Source: an uncultured Gammaproteobacteria bacterium (GTDB taxonomy: Bacteria > Patescibacteriota > Patescibacteriia > Patescibacteriales > UBA12075). From it: a DNA stretch of 64,000 bases. The stretch is taken from NCBI GenBank assembly GCA_964459725.1, contig CAYWNT010000005.1, forward strand, positions 27,657-91,656. The letters run 5' to 3'. The notes under the pieces are model-generated. The model worked only from the letters and a program-made list of their open reading frames with translations. It was not told the DNA's origin and searched no databases. The translations under genes were made by a program, and so were the position numbers. Within the stretch, counting starts at the first letter, position 1; each line of letters begins with the position of its first letter. This document shows positions 52,996 to 62,370 of the stretch, in pieces.

Positions 52996-54660
52996 CTAAC
53001 CTAGCAAATTACTTGTCTTTAACTTTCTAATCATTAAATCTCCGATCCTCTCTGCACCTTTTCTGTCCATTATTGTATTGCCTGTAATATTTATATTGAT
53101 CACATTACCTCTTCCACCTAATCTGCTATTAGGAATTATGTTGCCACTACTGCCAGGCACAAACAATTCGGGTCCCTGCTCACCAACAATATATGCTTTA
53201 GTCGGACTAACAAATCCGCCACTTGCTCTTCCTCCGCCAAATCCCAAAGCGTTGCCAATCGCATTTTTTGCCCCTTGTACTACATTCAATTTTTTTATTC
53301 TCTCTATCAATTTATCAATCCAACCAACAACCTTTGAAATTGTGCTGGTGGTTGCATCCCAAATCCCCTTAAACTTCTCAATACCAGCATTCGCTACTTC
53401 AATAATCTTCGTTAAAGTTTGGATTAACACAATTAAACTGACTTCAATTATTTTAACTACCGCTATTAACGCTCCCAACAAAATAACTCCAATAACTTGG
53501 GCGAAAACTTCTAAAAATGGCTTAAGCGGTTCTAGTGCCTCCCATAGCTTTTGCAATTCAGGTAGTAAATTTTCTTTAAATACTAATGCAATATTTTCCC
53601 ATGATGTCTTGAATATAACTAGCAATCCCTTATATCTATCTACAATATCGATTCCTTTCTTTACAATATCTATAAAACTTTTAGAAATATCAATAACTGT
53701 CTTAATTGCAATTTTTAATGCCTCAAACGCAGTCAATAAAACTTGTCCAATAATATCAGCTGTTGCTTTTAATTGCGGATTGATCTCATTTTCTTCTGTA
53801 AATGCCCACGCTTTAAAACTCTTAATCGATTTATAGACATATTCAATCATCGGTTTCATGGCATTATCAAGCATCTCTCCTAAAATAAGTTTTAAACTCA
53901 CTATTCCGTCTTTTACTGAATTAGACATTTTATACCAACTTCCCATTGCCTCTGTATACGATCCCTCCATTCTGGTTGCCTCGCCAATTATAGCGTTGTA
54001 CATGGCTTGTGTTTTTTGAGCATATGTAAGTTCACTGGTTTTAATTCCCAACTGCTCTGATGCATCTTTATAAACCTTTACCAAATTCATCTCAATTCCA
54101 TATTCGCTTAAAAGTTCCGGGCGAAGTTTAACTACCGCTTGCATCATGGCTTTAATGGCATCATTGGAGTTCTTATTTGAGGCGGCGGCTACATCTCTAC
54201 CTCTGGCTACAATTTCCAAAGCCTGCGACTCACTCATATTGGTCATGATTGCTGTTTTTGTGAGTTCAATCGATGTTAACATATCCTTGTTTTCGTCCCT
54301 GATGCTTTTCACCAAACTATCAATTTGTTTTTTCGACCAATTATTGTTTTCACCTAGCTTATAAATAACAGCTTTTGATTGCCCCAGCTGACCAGTTAAA
54401 TTAATACTATCCTTAATGAGTCCTGATAAACCACTGGCAAGTTTACTGACAGTACCGACAATCGCACCGTATGCTAAATTACCAACTGTCACAGCCTTGG
54501 CCATGGCACCAAAAGAACTGGATGTGTTTTTTGCATCCCCTGAAATACCATTCAATGCTTTACTGACTTTTTTCATCTCTGAACTAGCATTGTCAACAGC
54601 TTTTAATATAATTTGTAGTTCTTTATTATCTGCCATTTTGTTTTTTATTTTTTTCGGCAA
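52996..54660 (-). CDS. Tail tape measure protein
   Basis: 554 aa helical A/I/K-rich protein with hydrophobic segment ..GVILLGALIAVVKIIEVSLIVLIQ..; follows the frameshifting chaperone; TTG start (ATG alternative 54636). Confidence 0.75.
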   Translation of the reverse strand: MPKKIKNKMADNKELQIILKAVDNASSEMKKVSKALNGISGDAKNTSSSFGAMAKAVTVGNLAYGAIVGTVSKLASGLSGLIKDSINLTGQLGQSKAVIYKLGENNNWSKKQIDSLVKSIRDENKDMLTSIELTKTAIMTNMSESQALEIVARGRDVAAASNKNSNDAIKAMMQAVVKLRPELLSEYGIEMNLVKVYKDASEQLGIKTSELTYAQKTQAMYNAIIGEATRMEGSYTEAMGSWYKMSNSVKDGIVSLKLILGEMLDNAMKPMIEYVYKSIKSFKAWAFTEENEINPQLKATADIIGQVLLTAFEALKIAIKTVIDISKSFIDIVKKGIDIVDRYKGLLVIFKTSWENIALVFKENLLPELQKLWEALEPLKPFLEVFAQVIGVILLGALIAVVKIIEVSLIVLIQTLTKIIEVANAGIEKFKGIWDATTSTISKVVGWIDKLIERIKKLNVVQGAKNAIGNALGFGGGRASGGFVSPTKAYIVGEQGPELFVPGSSGNIIPNSRLGGRGNVININITGNTIMDRKGAERIGDLMIRKLKTSNLLG

Positions 54661-54826
54661 TGTAAATTAATACCTCATTTATAAACTCCCACCTTTGAAT
54701 CCTGAATTCTTCTTCTGTCCAGCCAAGCTCCGCACAAAAAAACGCTCTTATTGCTTTGAAACTTGGATCGCCAAACCGCACGAATCTGCCTATTTCGTAT
54801 TTTGCGGATTGGCTTTGGCTAAAAAA
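54626..54826 (-). other. -1 frame extension of tail assembly chaperone (G/GT-type programmed frameshift)
   Basis: Slippery T_TTT_TTA at 54826-54820 (minus strand); the -1 frame stays open for 65 codons (SQSQSAKYEIGRFVRFGDPSFKAIRAFFCAELGWTEEEFRIQRWEFINEVLIYIAEKNKKQNGR) to TAA 54628-26. Confidence 0.55.
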
Positions 54827-55107
54827 TCTTTTACAAAATTAAGATTTTCCTGAATAAACTTAATATCATCAATGCAAAGCAAATTGACATTATCGATATT
54901 CACAGGCAATATTTGCTCGTTTTCATCAGTTGCGTCCCAATCTTCAATAATCCTAGTTAGCATGACTAACACCTGCTTAATATCGCTGTCTTCCTTTTCT
55001 ATTTCTTCAATATCATTAGCTAGCACTCCGTCTCTGACTTTTACTGTAATTCCACTTTTTGGCAGTTTGATGTTTTTAACATCTCTTATATCTTTAAGTA
55101 TTGGCAT
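54790..55107 (-). CDS. Tail assembly chaperone (gpG-like)
   Basis: 105 aa acidic protein between major tail and tape measure genes, with downstream -1 extension. Confidence 0.6.
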   Translation of the reverse strand: MPILKDIRDVKNIKLPKSGITVKVRDGVLANDIEEIEKEDSDIKQVLVMLTRIIEDWDATDENEQILPVNIDNVNLLCIDDIKFIQENLNFVKDFLAKANPQNTK

Positions 55108-55111
55108 ATGA

Positions 55112-56083
55112 TTAATAGCTTGCTTGCTCGTTAGTTAATACCGCAACAATGCTCCTTGCATCACTGCTTGAATAAAATGCCTTAAAGCCGACCGTTACTT
55201 TGGCAATTTCGTTATTGTCTCCGCCAATCAATGGTTCTCTAAATTTGATTTTAGCCAAATCAATAACCAATTTAGGATTTGATGTTAAGCCAATGGTAAT
55301 TCCTGAATTTACAATCTCCAATCTCATGGCTTTTTTATTTCCGTTCAAGGCATAATCCATTAAATCTGTATTCTTAAAAAGCATTTCAATATTACCCTCA
55401 ATAGATAGCTGTTTATTAAGAAAATCATTCGGCTCAATACTGCCTAATTTCTCATCATCCTCAACATTTTTATTAACTTCTATCTCTACACTTCGAACAT
55501 CAATCGCACTTGCACCACCTAGTTCAGATAAGTCATCAGCCAGTTTCACATTAATATCTTTGCCTAAAAAATAATTTTCAGTCACATAAGCTGGAACATT
55601 GCTAGCTGATACACCTGCTTTGCCTCGAAGTACCGCCTCAAACTTCAAATAATCCTTGGCGACAGCATTTAATTTAAATGACTCAATTACTGAATTGGGG
55701 TATGCCTTTTGCTCGTTATCTCCTCTTTTTACCTCGACTGTTACTGTCGGATGTTTGGCGGATTGCAAAACCTCAAAATTATGATCATAAACACCTGCAT
55801 CAGCTGATTCTGCTGATGTTACACTACCTAGTGTGGTCAGTAAGAAGAGTCCAAAACTCTTGTCAAAAACTTCTCCTCCAATAGTGCCTCCGCTCATTTT
55901 TTTACTAACCTCCTGATCCTCACTATCTTCAATTACGCCCACAGCACGTTCTGAAACAGCCACCTCAATTTTATCGTTAATGTCTTCAGATAATGGCTTT
56001 AACCAAAACGCAGGGGCAACGACTGTCCCTCTTGTTGATTCTAAGCCGATGCCAATATTAAATTTTCTTTTTAATGTTTCCAT
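55112..56083 (-). CDS. Major tail protein (by position)
   Basis: 323 aa, directly upstream of the chaperone pair. Confidence 0.55.
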   Translation of the reverse strand: METLKRKFNIGIGLESTRGTVVAPAFWLKPLSEDINDKIEVAVSERAVGVIEDSEDQEVSKKMSGGTIGGEVFDKSFGLFLLTTLGSVTSAESADAGVYDHNFEVLQSAKHPTVTVEVKRGDNEQKAYPNSVIESFKLNAVAKDYLKFEAVLRGKAGVSASNVPAYVTENYFLGKDINVKLADDLSELGGASAIDVRSVEIEVNKNVEDDEKLGSIEPNDFLNKQLSIEGNIEMLFKNTDLMDYALNGNKKAMRLEIVNSGITIGLTSNPKLVIDLAKIKFREPLIGGDNNEIAKVTVGFKAFYSSSDARSIVAVLTNEQASY

Positions 56084-56088
56084 ATGTT

Positions 56089-56325
56089 TTATTCTTTATT
56101 TAGTTTTTTAAATTTCTCATCAGCCTCCTCCTTTGATTTGGCTTTGATTGTGACTTGGCCAGGATAATTGTATTCCACCTGACCGTCTGAATTCTTAGGA
56201 CGGTCATCTTTATTTTCAACTTGACCGTCTGCACCCTTAGGACGCTTTTTATTAGATTCCTCCTGACCGTCTGAACGATTAGGACGGATACTTTTGTCTT
56301 CAACTTGTGTTTTTTTTATTGACAT
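56089..56325 (-). CDS. Small repeat-containing phage protein
   Basis: 78 aa with 3 tandem ~14-aa units RPNRSDGQEESNKK / RPKGADGQVENKDD / RPKNSDGQVEYNYP. Confidence 0.45.
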   Translation of the reverse strand: MSIKKTQVEDKSIRPNRSDGQEESNKKRPKGADGQVENKDDRPKNSDGQVEYNYPGQVTIKAKSKEEADEKFKKLNKE

Positions 56326-56332
56326 AATGGTT

Positions 56333-56743
56333 TTATATTAATTGTTTTAATTTAACGCATATTATCTCCATTTCCAGCACACGCATTAACAACTCTCTGT
56401 CTTCCCAAACAAAACTGCTTGAAACCTGCACATCATCGCATAAACCGCCTAAAGTGTCGTCATTATCAAATAAATCATCAATTATATCCGATAGATTAAC
56501 AAGCAAATTTTCTCCGTCTGATTGCCCCCTAGCATTCTCATTCACCTCCTGAATTACCTGAACTTTAAACTTATAAAACTTCTTTATTGTTTTGACACTT
56601 TCCCTGATTTTTTCGTTTTCACTGCCTAAAATTATTGCTACTGGAAATTTATTAAAATGACCTTTGTTATATTTATAAACCTCCTTAATTTCCTCAACAG
56701 TTTTTAATTTATTATAAATTGCATTTAAAATATTATTCCTCAT
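56333..56743 (-). CDS. Tail terminator/completion-like protein (by position)
   Basis: 136 aa; between gp10-like and tail genes. Confidence 0.4.
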   Translation of the reverse strand: MRNNILNAIYNKLKTVEEIKEVYKYNKGHFNKFPVAIILGSENEKIRESVKTIKKFYKFKVQVIQEVNENARGQSDGENLLVNLSDIIDDLFDNDDTLGGLCDDVQVSSSFVWEDRELLMRVLEMEIICVKLKQLI

Positions 56744-57201
56744 ATTCTTTTGATTATTTTTTCCAAAACATCTACAAAGATTTTTCTCACTTTTTTATTT
56801 GTCATGTTTACAGTCCTATCAACAAATGGATTAGCTTTTGTCCCTTTCCTCATGATTGATTTTTGCAATGCATATGGATTAATGCCTTTTTTAATTGCCC
56901 ATATTCTAAGCGGTGACCTTGGACTGCTAACTGAAACATAATGCGGTCTAGTTCCCTCATGCACTGGAATCGCATATTTTTTCTTTGGAACAATCATCAC
57001 ACTATTGGCTGTTAATCTCATGCCTATACTTTGCCTTAAATGATTTGTAACGCCAATTGGCACCTGTCTTTTTTCAGTACTTACAATCAACTTACCTGAT
57101 TTTAAAAGTCCTTTGCTTATTTCCTGATTAGCAATAACTGGGTACATTCTGAATACCTCCCTAATCTCGTCTAAATTTTCAATTTTTACTTCAAATGGCA
57201 T
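56740..57201 (-). CDS. HK97 gp10-like tail-completion protein (tentative)
   Basis: 153 aa; position and size; preceded by repeat copy 4. Confidence 0.45.
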   Translation of the reverse strand: MPFEVKIENLDEIREVFRMYPVIANQEISKGLLKSGKLIVSTEKRQVPIGVTNHLRQSIGMRLTANSVMIVPKKKYAIPVHEGTRPHYVSVSSPRSPLRIWAIKKGINPYALQKSIMRKGTKANPFVDRTVNMTNKKVRKIFVDVLEKIIKRI

Positions 57202-57203
57202 AT

Positions 57204-57236
57204 CTTGATCCCGCTAAGCTTTAGCTTTTTGCGGGG
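57204..57236 (-). promoter_or_regulatory. Phage intercistronic stem-loop repeat, copy 4
   Basis: Minus strand CCCCGC-AAAAA-GCTAAAGCTT-A-GCGGGA-TCAAG-AT-ATG. Confidence 0.6.
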
Positions 57237-57545
57237 TTAATTATTCGGTTTGATTATTATTGCCTCAATTCTTGATAATGATCTGTATTCTAATTTTTTT
57301 AAATTTTTAACTATAAATGTTTCTCCCTCACTTTCAATTTTGTCCGCCTCTTTTATATCTGAATAAATATCTGCATATAGTTTATGCATCTCTGCTGGAT
57401 TGCCCTCGCTTATCATTAAATCTTCGGCTTTTATCGGCATAATGACTCCATAAACATCATTAATCCTTTTGTACTCTTCTGTTTTCTTTTCAGTATCGCT
57501 AACCAGCCTATAAACCATTATTCTTTTTTCAAACGCAAATCTCAT
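57237..57545 (-). CDS. Head-tail adaptor / head closure protein (tentative)
   Basis: 102 aa; 4-nt overlap with the connector gene; typical size and order. Confidence 0.5.
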   Translation of the reverse strand: MRFAFEKRIMVYRLVSDTEKKTEEYKRINDVYGVIMPIKAEDLMISEGNPAEMHKLYADIYSDIKEADKIESEGETFIVKNLKKLEYRSLSRIEAIIIKPNN

Positions 57546-58081
57546 ATATTGAATTTCTTATATTTGCCCAAAATGGATGCTATATCAGGCGACAAATGAT
57601 TCTCCCAAGTAACTTGCGACTCTCCCAAATTCTCCATTTTAATGCCGTCACTCTTTCTTTTATTCCATAGCCTGCCTACGATTTTTAATATTGCTAATTT
57701 TAAATCTTCAGGGATATTTTTATTTGTATAACCAGTTTTATATTTTGCTCTATAATTCCTTTCACCCAATCTCACATAATCCAGTTTAACTACTCCCTCA
57801 TCACTATAAAATTTATAACTTGTGTCAGACACTTCTTGCCAAACATCTTCCTGCTCATTCTCAATTATTAAATTTTGTAATTTTAGATTGTACGTCAAAA
57901 ATATCTCGTCATCGATATCATCACCGTCAAAATACTCCTCGATGTCCGATTCCTCAATTTTGTTGTTTATCATACACTCTGCCCACTTAACAGCACCATT
58001 AATAAGCATAGTGATCGTATCATCAAAATCATTTGTGTTTAAACTGATATATGTTTTAAAATCTTCTGTGTTTATAATCAT
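57542..58081 (-). CDS. Head-tail connector (gp6-like)
   Basis: N-terminus ..DFKTYISLNTNDFDDTITMLINGAVKWAECMINNKI resembles the gp6-like connector pattern. Confidence 0.55.
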   Translation of the reverse strand: MIINTEDFKTYISLNTNDFDDTITMLINGAVKWAECMINNKIEESDIEEYFDGDDIDDEIFLTYNLKLQNLIIENEQEDVWQEVSDTSYKFYSDEGVVKLDYVRLGERNYRAKYKTGYTNKNIPEDLKLAILKIVGRLWNKRKSDGIKMENLGESQVTWENHLSPDIASILGKYKKFNI

Positions 58082-58100
58082 AAATTTAAAGCTCTTATTA

Positions 58101-58124
58101 CTGACCCTTTTTAGCTCGGGTCAG
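58101..58124 (-). promoter_or_regulatory. Variant intercistronic stem-loop (GCTAAA loop)
   Basis: Minus strand CTGACCC-GAGCTAAAAA-GGGTCAG, 19 nt before the connector ATG. Confidence 0.45.
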
Positions 58125-58136
58125 AACATAAAAGCT

Positions 58137-58343
58137 CTAGGCTTTCTCGCAAAATTTTGCTTTGATCAGTTTTTCAGCTTCTTCCGTATCAAGCCCAGCT
58201 ACATCACCCTTTACATAAGGAGTATGGCTTTTTAAAAATTTTACTCGGACAAGTTTTGATTTCTTTTTCTTGTCTTTTTTTTCTTCGGCTGAATTATTAT
58301 TTTTGTTTTCATCAGCCTGATTGTTTTTGTTGTCGTTTGCCAT
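58137..58343 (-). CDS. Small basic phage protein (hypothetical)
   Basis: 68 aa N/K-rich, between capsid and connector. Confidence 0.45.
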   Translation of the reverse strand: MANDNKNNQADENKNNNSAEEKKDKKKKSKLVRVKFLKSHTPYVKGDVAGLDTEEAEKLIKAKFCEKA

Positions 58344-58380
58344 AAAATTATCGCTTAATTATTAGTTAACTAATTACTTT

Positions 58381-58417
58381 CTCCCTCCCTACTAGAAATC
58401 CCCATGCAGGGAGGGAG
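58381..58417 (-). other. Strong GC hairpin after major capsid gene
   Basis: CTCCCTCCCT-17 nt-AGGGAGGGAG perfect 10-bp stem, 20 nt after the capsid stop; no U-tract. Confidence 0.6.
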
Positions 58418-58436
58418 TATAGCAATAAGCTAAACT

Positions 58437-59495
58437 CTATTTAACACCAGTCAATACTTTTCCAGCATCCGCAAGAGTATAAACTCCATCAACTGCCTCT
58501 GCTACAACCAACTCTGTTTGCAATTTACTGATGACTTTATCAGTATCAACAAACATTTTCTCACCATCCTTAATCCAGTAATACCAAGGGTCAAAAAATA
58601 ATATTTCTGTTTCATCTGTGCCAGTACCAAGGTTGGCTGGGATATCAGCACTTTCCAAAACTGGTCTGTTAAAGACAGTCTGATCACGAACATCAAAAAT
58701 CGGCAATCCATTATTATCCTTTAGCTTTCTTAACAATTTCATACCAGCACTTGAAGTCATGAATACCGCATTTTGCCTATACTGTTCTGGAAGTTCGTAA
58801 AATAAATCAACCAAATCATCATAACCAAAATCAGCTTCAGCCTGAGCAATTGATCCAAAACCTGCACTTCTAAGACCTGTTGGCTTATCAGAACCGTCAC
58901 CAGCCACAAATGCCACTTCCTCTGTGTCTCTCAACTTCCTTGAGCATAACTCACCAATAAAATTGATGATGTTATAAGCGGAAGTGTTAAGCAGTTTTCT
59001 TGGAATAAGAACTCGAGCCGCCAAATAATAATCATAAAGATTCTTCTTTCCAACAGTTGGATTGCTTTGTGTTATAGTTTCATTTTCACCTACCCAATAG
59101 GCTGTAACACCTGCATCTTCAGTCGGTAACTGAAAATCACCGCTCAACTGAAACACAAAAGCCAACTTTCTCATTTTTGAGATTTTATCTTTTTTAGTAA
59201 GAATAAAATCCGCCAATTCTGTTGGAACTGTATAGCCGAATGAATTATTATCAGAATCAATCGCTTTCTCTTCAACCTGCCCTAAGCAAACTTTTCTGAT
59301 AAAGTCTGCTGATTTTTTTGTTTTCTCTTCATCAGTATCTGGCTTGCTATCCTTTACATCTCTCTTAACCTCTTTCAAAATTTCACTTTTCATATCAGGC
59401 AGAATCTCTTTGACTCCGTCTGTGATGATGTTTTTTAACTCCTCCATAGTAACCTCTTTTACTTGGGTTGGAGTTTGTTTTTTATCTTTGTCCAT
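58437..59495 (-). CDS. Major capsid protein, HK97 family
   Basis: 352 aa; charged N-terminal delta-like region then ..GYTVPTELADFI.., ..AYWVGENE.. patterns; follows the prohead protease. Confidence 0.85.
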   Translation of the reverse strand: MDKDKKQTPTQVKEVTMEELKNIITDGVKEILPDMKSEILKEVKRDVKDSKPDTDEEKTKKSADFIRKVCLGQVEEKAIDSDNNSFGYTVPTELADFILTKKDKISKMRKLAFVFQLSGDFQLPTEDAGVTAYWVGENETITQSNPTVGKKNLYDYYLAARVLIPRKLLNTSAYNIINFIGELCSRKLRDTEEVAFVAGDGSDKPTGLRSAGFGSIAQAEADFGYDDLVDLFYELPEQYRQNAVFMTSSAGMKLLRKLKDNNGLPIFDVRDQTVFNRPVLESADIPANLGTGTDETEILFFDPWYYWIKDGEKMFVDTDKVISKLQTELVVAEAVDGVYTLADAGKVLTGVK

Positions 59496-59511
59496 ATGTT
59501 AATGTTTTTAG

Positions 59512-60282
59512 TTATTTAGTTATTTTGAGTACAAATTCGCATGCCTTATCGGCTTGCTTTATTGCTTGTCTGATTCGGAGTATTTTTTTGTCCGTTTCAG
59601 GATCGACCTTTGTCCCTTTTTGATCTGCCAGGGACTTTAAATGTTTGATATATTTATCACTTAATTTCAATCTTGCTATTTTCCCGTCCTTGTAATAAAC
59701 TTTTGCTCTTTGCTTTTTGTAATCAATATCAATAAAATTTATTTCTTTTTCCAGTTTTTCTTCTTTGATATTTACAAGTTCAGTATCAGGATTAGCCCCA
59801 GCCAATACTGGCGACCATTCGTATAATCTAACCTTTTTAATAATTCTGTTATCGTTTTCGTCCCATTCATAATCCAACACCCTAAATCCAATACTAAACT
59901 CATCAATAATCCCAAATTTAACATCGCTGTATGCTTCCTTGCCTCTTTGTGTTTCCAAATTAAATTCTGCTTTTATAAATAAGCCTTTAGTGTCTTCTCT
60001 TGCCTGAAGTGTTTTTGCAATTGGTATATCCCAATTATGCATCCAAACTCCTTTGGGCAATTTCTTTTTAATACTCTCCGCAAATGCACCCTGTTTGATA
60101 ATATCGCCCACCAAATCAATGTTATTGAAAATTGAAACATAAGCCTCAATTATTCCTTTTTGCTTTTGATCTTTTTTCTCAAGCAATTTAATATCAGCCT
60201 TAACCTTAACCCGAATCATCTTATTAAATTCAAGTTTTTTATTATTTCTTTTCTCTTTGATTTCTTTTATTGTTTTTCCCAT
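59512..60282 (-). CDS. Prohead protease, HK97 family (S78-like)
   Basis: ..IIEAYVSIFNNIDLVGDIIKQGAFAESI..HNW..EFSIGF..EWSPVLAGANP. Confidence 0.8.
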   Translation of the reverse strand: MGKTIKEIKEKRNNKKLEFNKMIRVKVKADIKLLEKKDQKQKGIIEAYVSIFNNIDLVGDIIKQGAFAESIKKKLPKGVWMHNWDIPIAKTLQAREDTKGLFIKAEFNLETQRGKEAYSDVKFGIIDEFSIGFRVLDYEWDENDNRIIKKVRLYEWSPVLAGANPDTELVNIKEEKLEKEINFIDIDYKKQRAKVYYKDGKIARLKLSDKYIKHLKSLADQKGTKVDPETDKKILRIRQAIKQADKACEFVLKITK

Positions 60283-60302
60283 ATATTTTGATTGATTATT
60301 AT

Positions 60303-62360
60303 TTAAAGTGGTCTAAAAACGAAATTGCAATTGGGGTGGGCTGGGATTTCTCCCTCAATTGATTTAACTGTCCAATCTTCCTCGGCTTTGGCAATGCATA
60401 TATCACATGCATCAGGAGATAACAACCATTCAACATCAGTAAAACCGTAATGCTCGTATGTTTTTCTATGAGCCTCAACCACACCTCTGGCACTTTCAGT
60501 CCTAGCAATCATTTCTGCTCTATATTCAGTGGCAAATTTAAACACTTCCTCAACTCGCTTTTTTAAACTCTCAAGCTCTTCACCTGCCTCAACACCTTCC
60601 TTCATAGTTTTTTCAAATGCCTCAATAGTTGTGTTATTTATACTTTCCCCAGTCTCCAACTCAACCTTAGAAATCCATTCTTTTATAAAATCCATGTCTA
60701 CTATCATATCCTCGCCTATAAGCTCACTTGCCCCTGCAATACCTGTCATGACCGTTTCATAAAGCAATGGGTCAATAACCGCTATTGTAGCTCCCAGCTC
60801 TTCAGTTTTATTAATTCCGTATTGAGTGGCTACATCTTTTTTGTGATGATCTTCAAGCGATTTTATAAATCTCTCTTGTTGCTCTTTAAAAAACTCGGTA
60901 AATTTCTTTTTCCACAAATTCTCAAGTTTAGCCTCATTGTCCATTCTGATTTTATAAAACCGCTCACGTTGTTCATCATCTATCTTCTTCTCAACTGGTT
61001 CTACTATTTTTAAAACAACTGCTTTTTTATCAATTAATCCATTTAATATTTTATTGCCTGCTTTTTCACTGATTAATTTTAATTTTATATTTCTGTTAAC
61101 TATCCGCTTTTTAATTGCCTTTTGTAATTTTAAATTTAATTTTCCAACACTACTTGCTTTAATCTTTATAAACTCTTTTTTCTCACCGCCAATCACTGGC
61201 ATTGCAGATAATGGCATATAAATATAATCTCCGCCGTTTACTGGATCAAGCCCCTCACTTTCCCTGATTTCATTAGTAGTACGCCATTTATTCCAACTGC
61301 TCTCTTTTTGCTTTAAATTCATCTCTTCATCTTCCTTGGCCAAGGGTTCAAATGACAACCACAAATCACTCCCAAACATCGGTACTAAAAACTCATTTAA
61401 CTGCTCAATTAATTCTGTAGCTAATGGCTCAAGTGTCCATTTATTAAAAACATATTCAGCTGCGATTGCACTTGCTCTGTTAACATCCTCAAATACTCCC
61501 AAAACTGGCTTTGGCACACCAAATATTGAAAGAATCTCATCTCGGTTCATTTTTCTGCTTTCAATAAAATCTAAATCTTTTGGCGGTAATGTAACTGGTT
61601 TAAACTTCAATCCACCCTCAAGCAATTGAACGTTATATGAATTCTCATAGCCTTGATACTTTTTCTTAAACTCTTTTTTCAACCTTTTGATCATCTTGTT
61701 ATCTGCATTGCCCTCCATTTCAAGAAAACCGCTCGGTCTGGCATTATTCTTTAAAAGATTACTATTTGACTGCAGAATATAATCGTCATTCTCCGCTGTC
61801 ATTCTGACTGCTTCAATAACACCGATGCCTTTCTCGGGATTTTTAGGATTATAATTTTTCAAAAACAATACATCTTCTTTTTCAAAATCTTTTTTGTACA
61901 TGCCAATCTCGTATGTATAACCTGTCACATTGCCATCATCATCTTTTTTAACTTTAAAAAATTCTGGTCTTGCTATAAAAATATTGCTTGGCAATTTATC
62001 CTCTTTATTTGTTTTGCTTAATATCCATGGACTAGCACCAAGCAAATCCCTGTAAATTACACTTAACTGAATAAAATTGTATTTTGTCATTTCAGGATTA
62101 ACCCGATAAAGCAACTCCAACAATTCATGTTCAATCACTTCCTCAACTTCTCCGTTTTTTTTAAGCCTGTATAACTTAAATTCAATTTGAGCCAATCCCA
62201 TGCTTCGCCTAGCAACACATGCATACACCCACGACTTATAAAAATCTAAAGCATCGGACTTGGTAACAACCGATGACATTATTCCTGAATTAACAAAGAA
62301 TGAATATGGCACTGCATTCTTATTGACTAATTGATTGTAAATTCTTTTTATAAAATTCAT
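60303..62360 (-). CDS. Portal protein fused to a Mu F / SPP1 gp7-like head-morphogenesis domain
   Basis: N-terminal ~400 aa portal-like (..WVYACVARRSMGLAQIEFKLY..NPEMT..); C-terminal ..YRAEMIARTESARGVVEAH..CDIC.. MuF-like. Confidence 0.85.
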   Translation of the reverse strand: MNFIKRIYNQLVNKNAVPYSFFVNSGIMSSVVTKSDALDFYKSWVYACVARRSMGLAQIEFKLYRLKKNGEVEEVIEHELLELLYRVNPEMTKYNFIQLSVIYRDLLGASPWILSKTNKEDKLPSNIFIARPEFFKVKKDDDGNVTGYTYEIGMYKKDFEKEDVLFLKNYNPKNPEKGIGVIEAVRMTAENDDYILQSNSNLLKNNARPSGFLEMEGNADNKMIKRLKKEFKKKYQGYENSYNVQLLEGGLKFKPVTLPPKDLDFIESRKMNRDEILSIFGVPKPVLGVFEDVNRASAIAAEYVFNKWTLEPLATELIEQLNEFLVPMFGSDLWLSFEPLAKEDEEMNLKQKESSWNKWRTTNEIRESEGLDPVNGGDYIYMPLSAMPVIGGEKKEFIKIKASSVGKLNLKLQKAIKKRIVNRNIKLKLISEKAGNKILNGLIDKKAVVLKIVEPVEKKIDDEQRERFYKIRMDNEAKLENLWKKKFTEFFKEQQERFIKSLEDHHKKDVATQYGINKTEELGATIAVIDPLLYETVMTGIAGASELIGEDMIVDMDFIKEWISKVELETGESINNTTIEAFEKTMKEGVEAGEELESLKKRVEEVFKFATEYRAEMIARTESARGVVEAHRKTYEHYGFTDVEWLLSPDACDICIAKAEEDWTVKSIEGEIPAHPNCNFVFRPL

Positions 62361-62370
62361 ACTGTTTTTG

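Noticed and set aside
56100-60508. Overlapping minor ORFs 56100..56303, 58502..58711 and 60299..60508 (minus strand, other frames)
   Set aside because: Each lies within a longer, better-supported phage gene in a different frame and lacks an SD.
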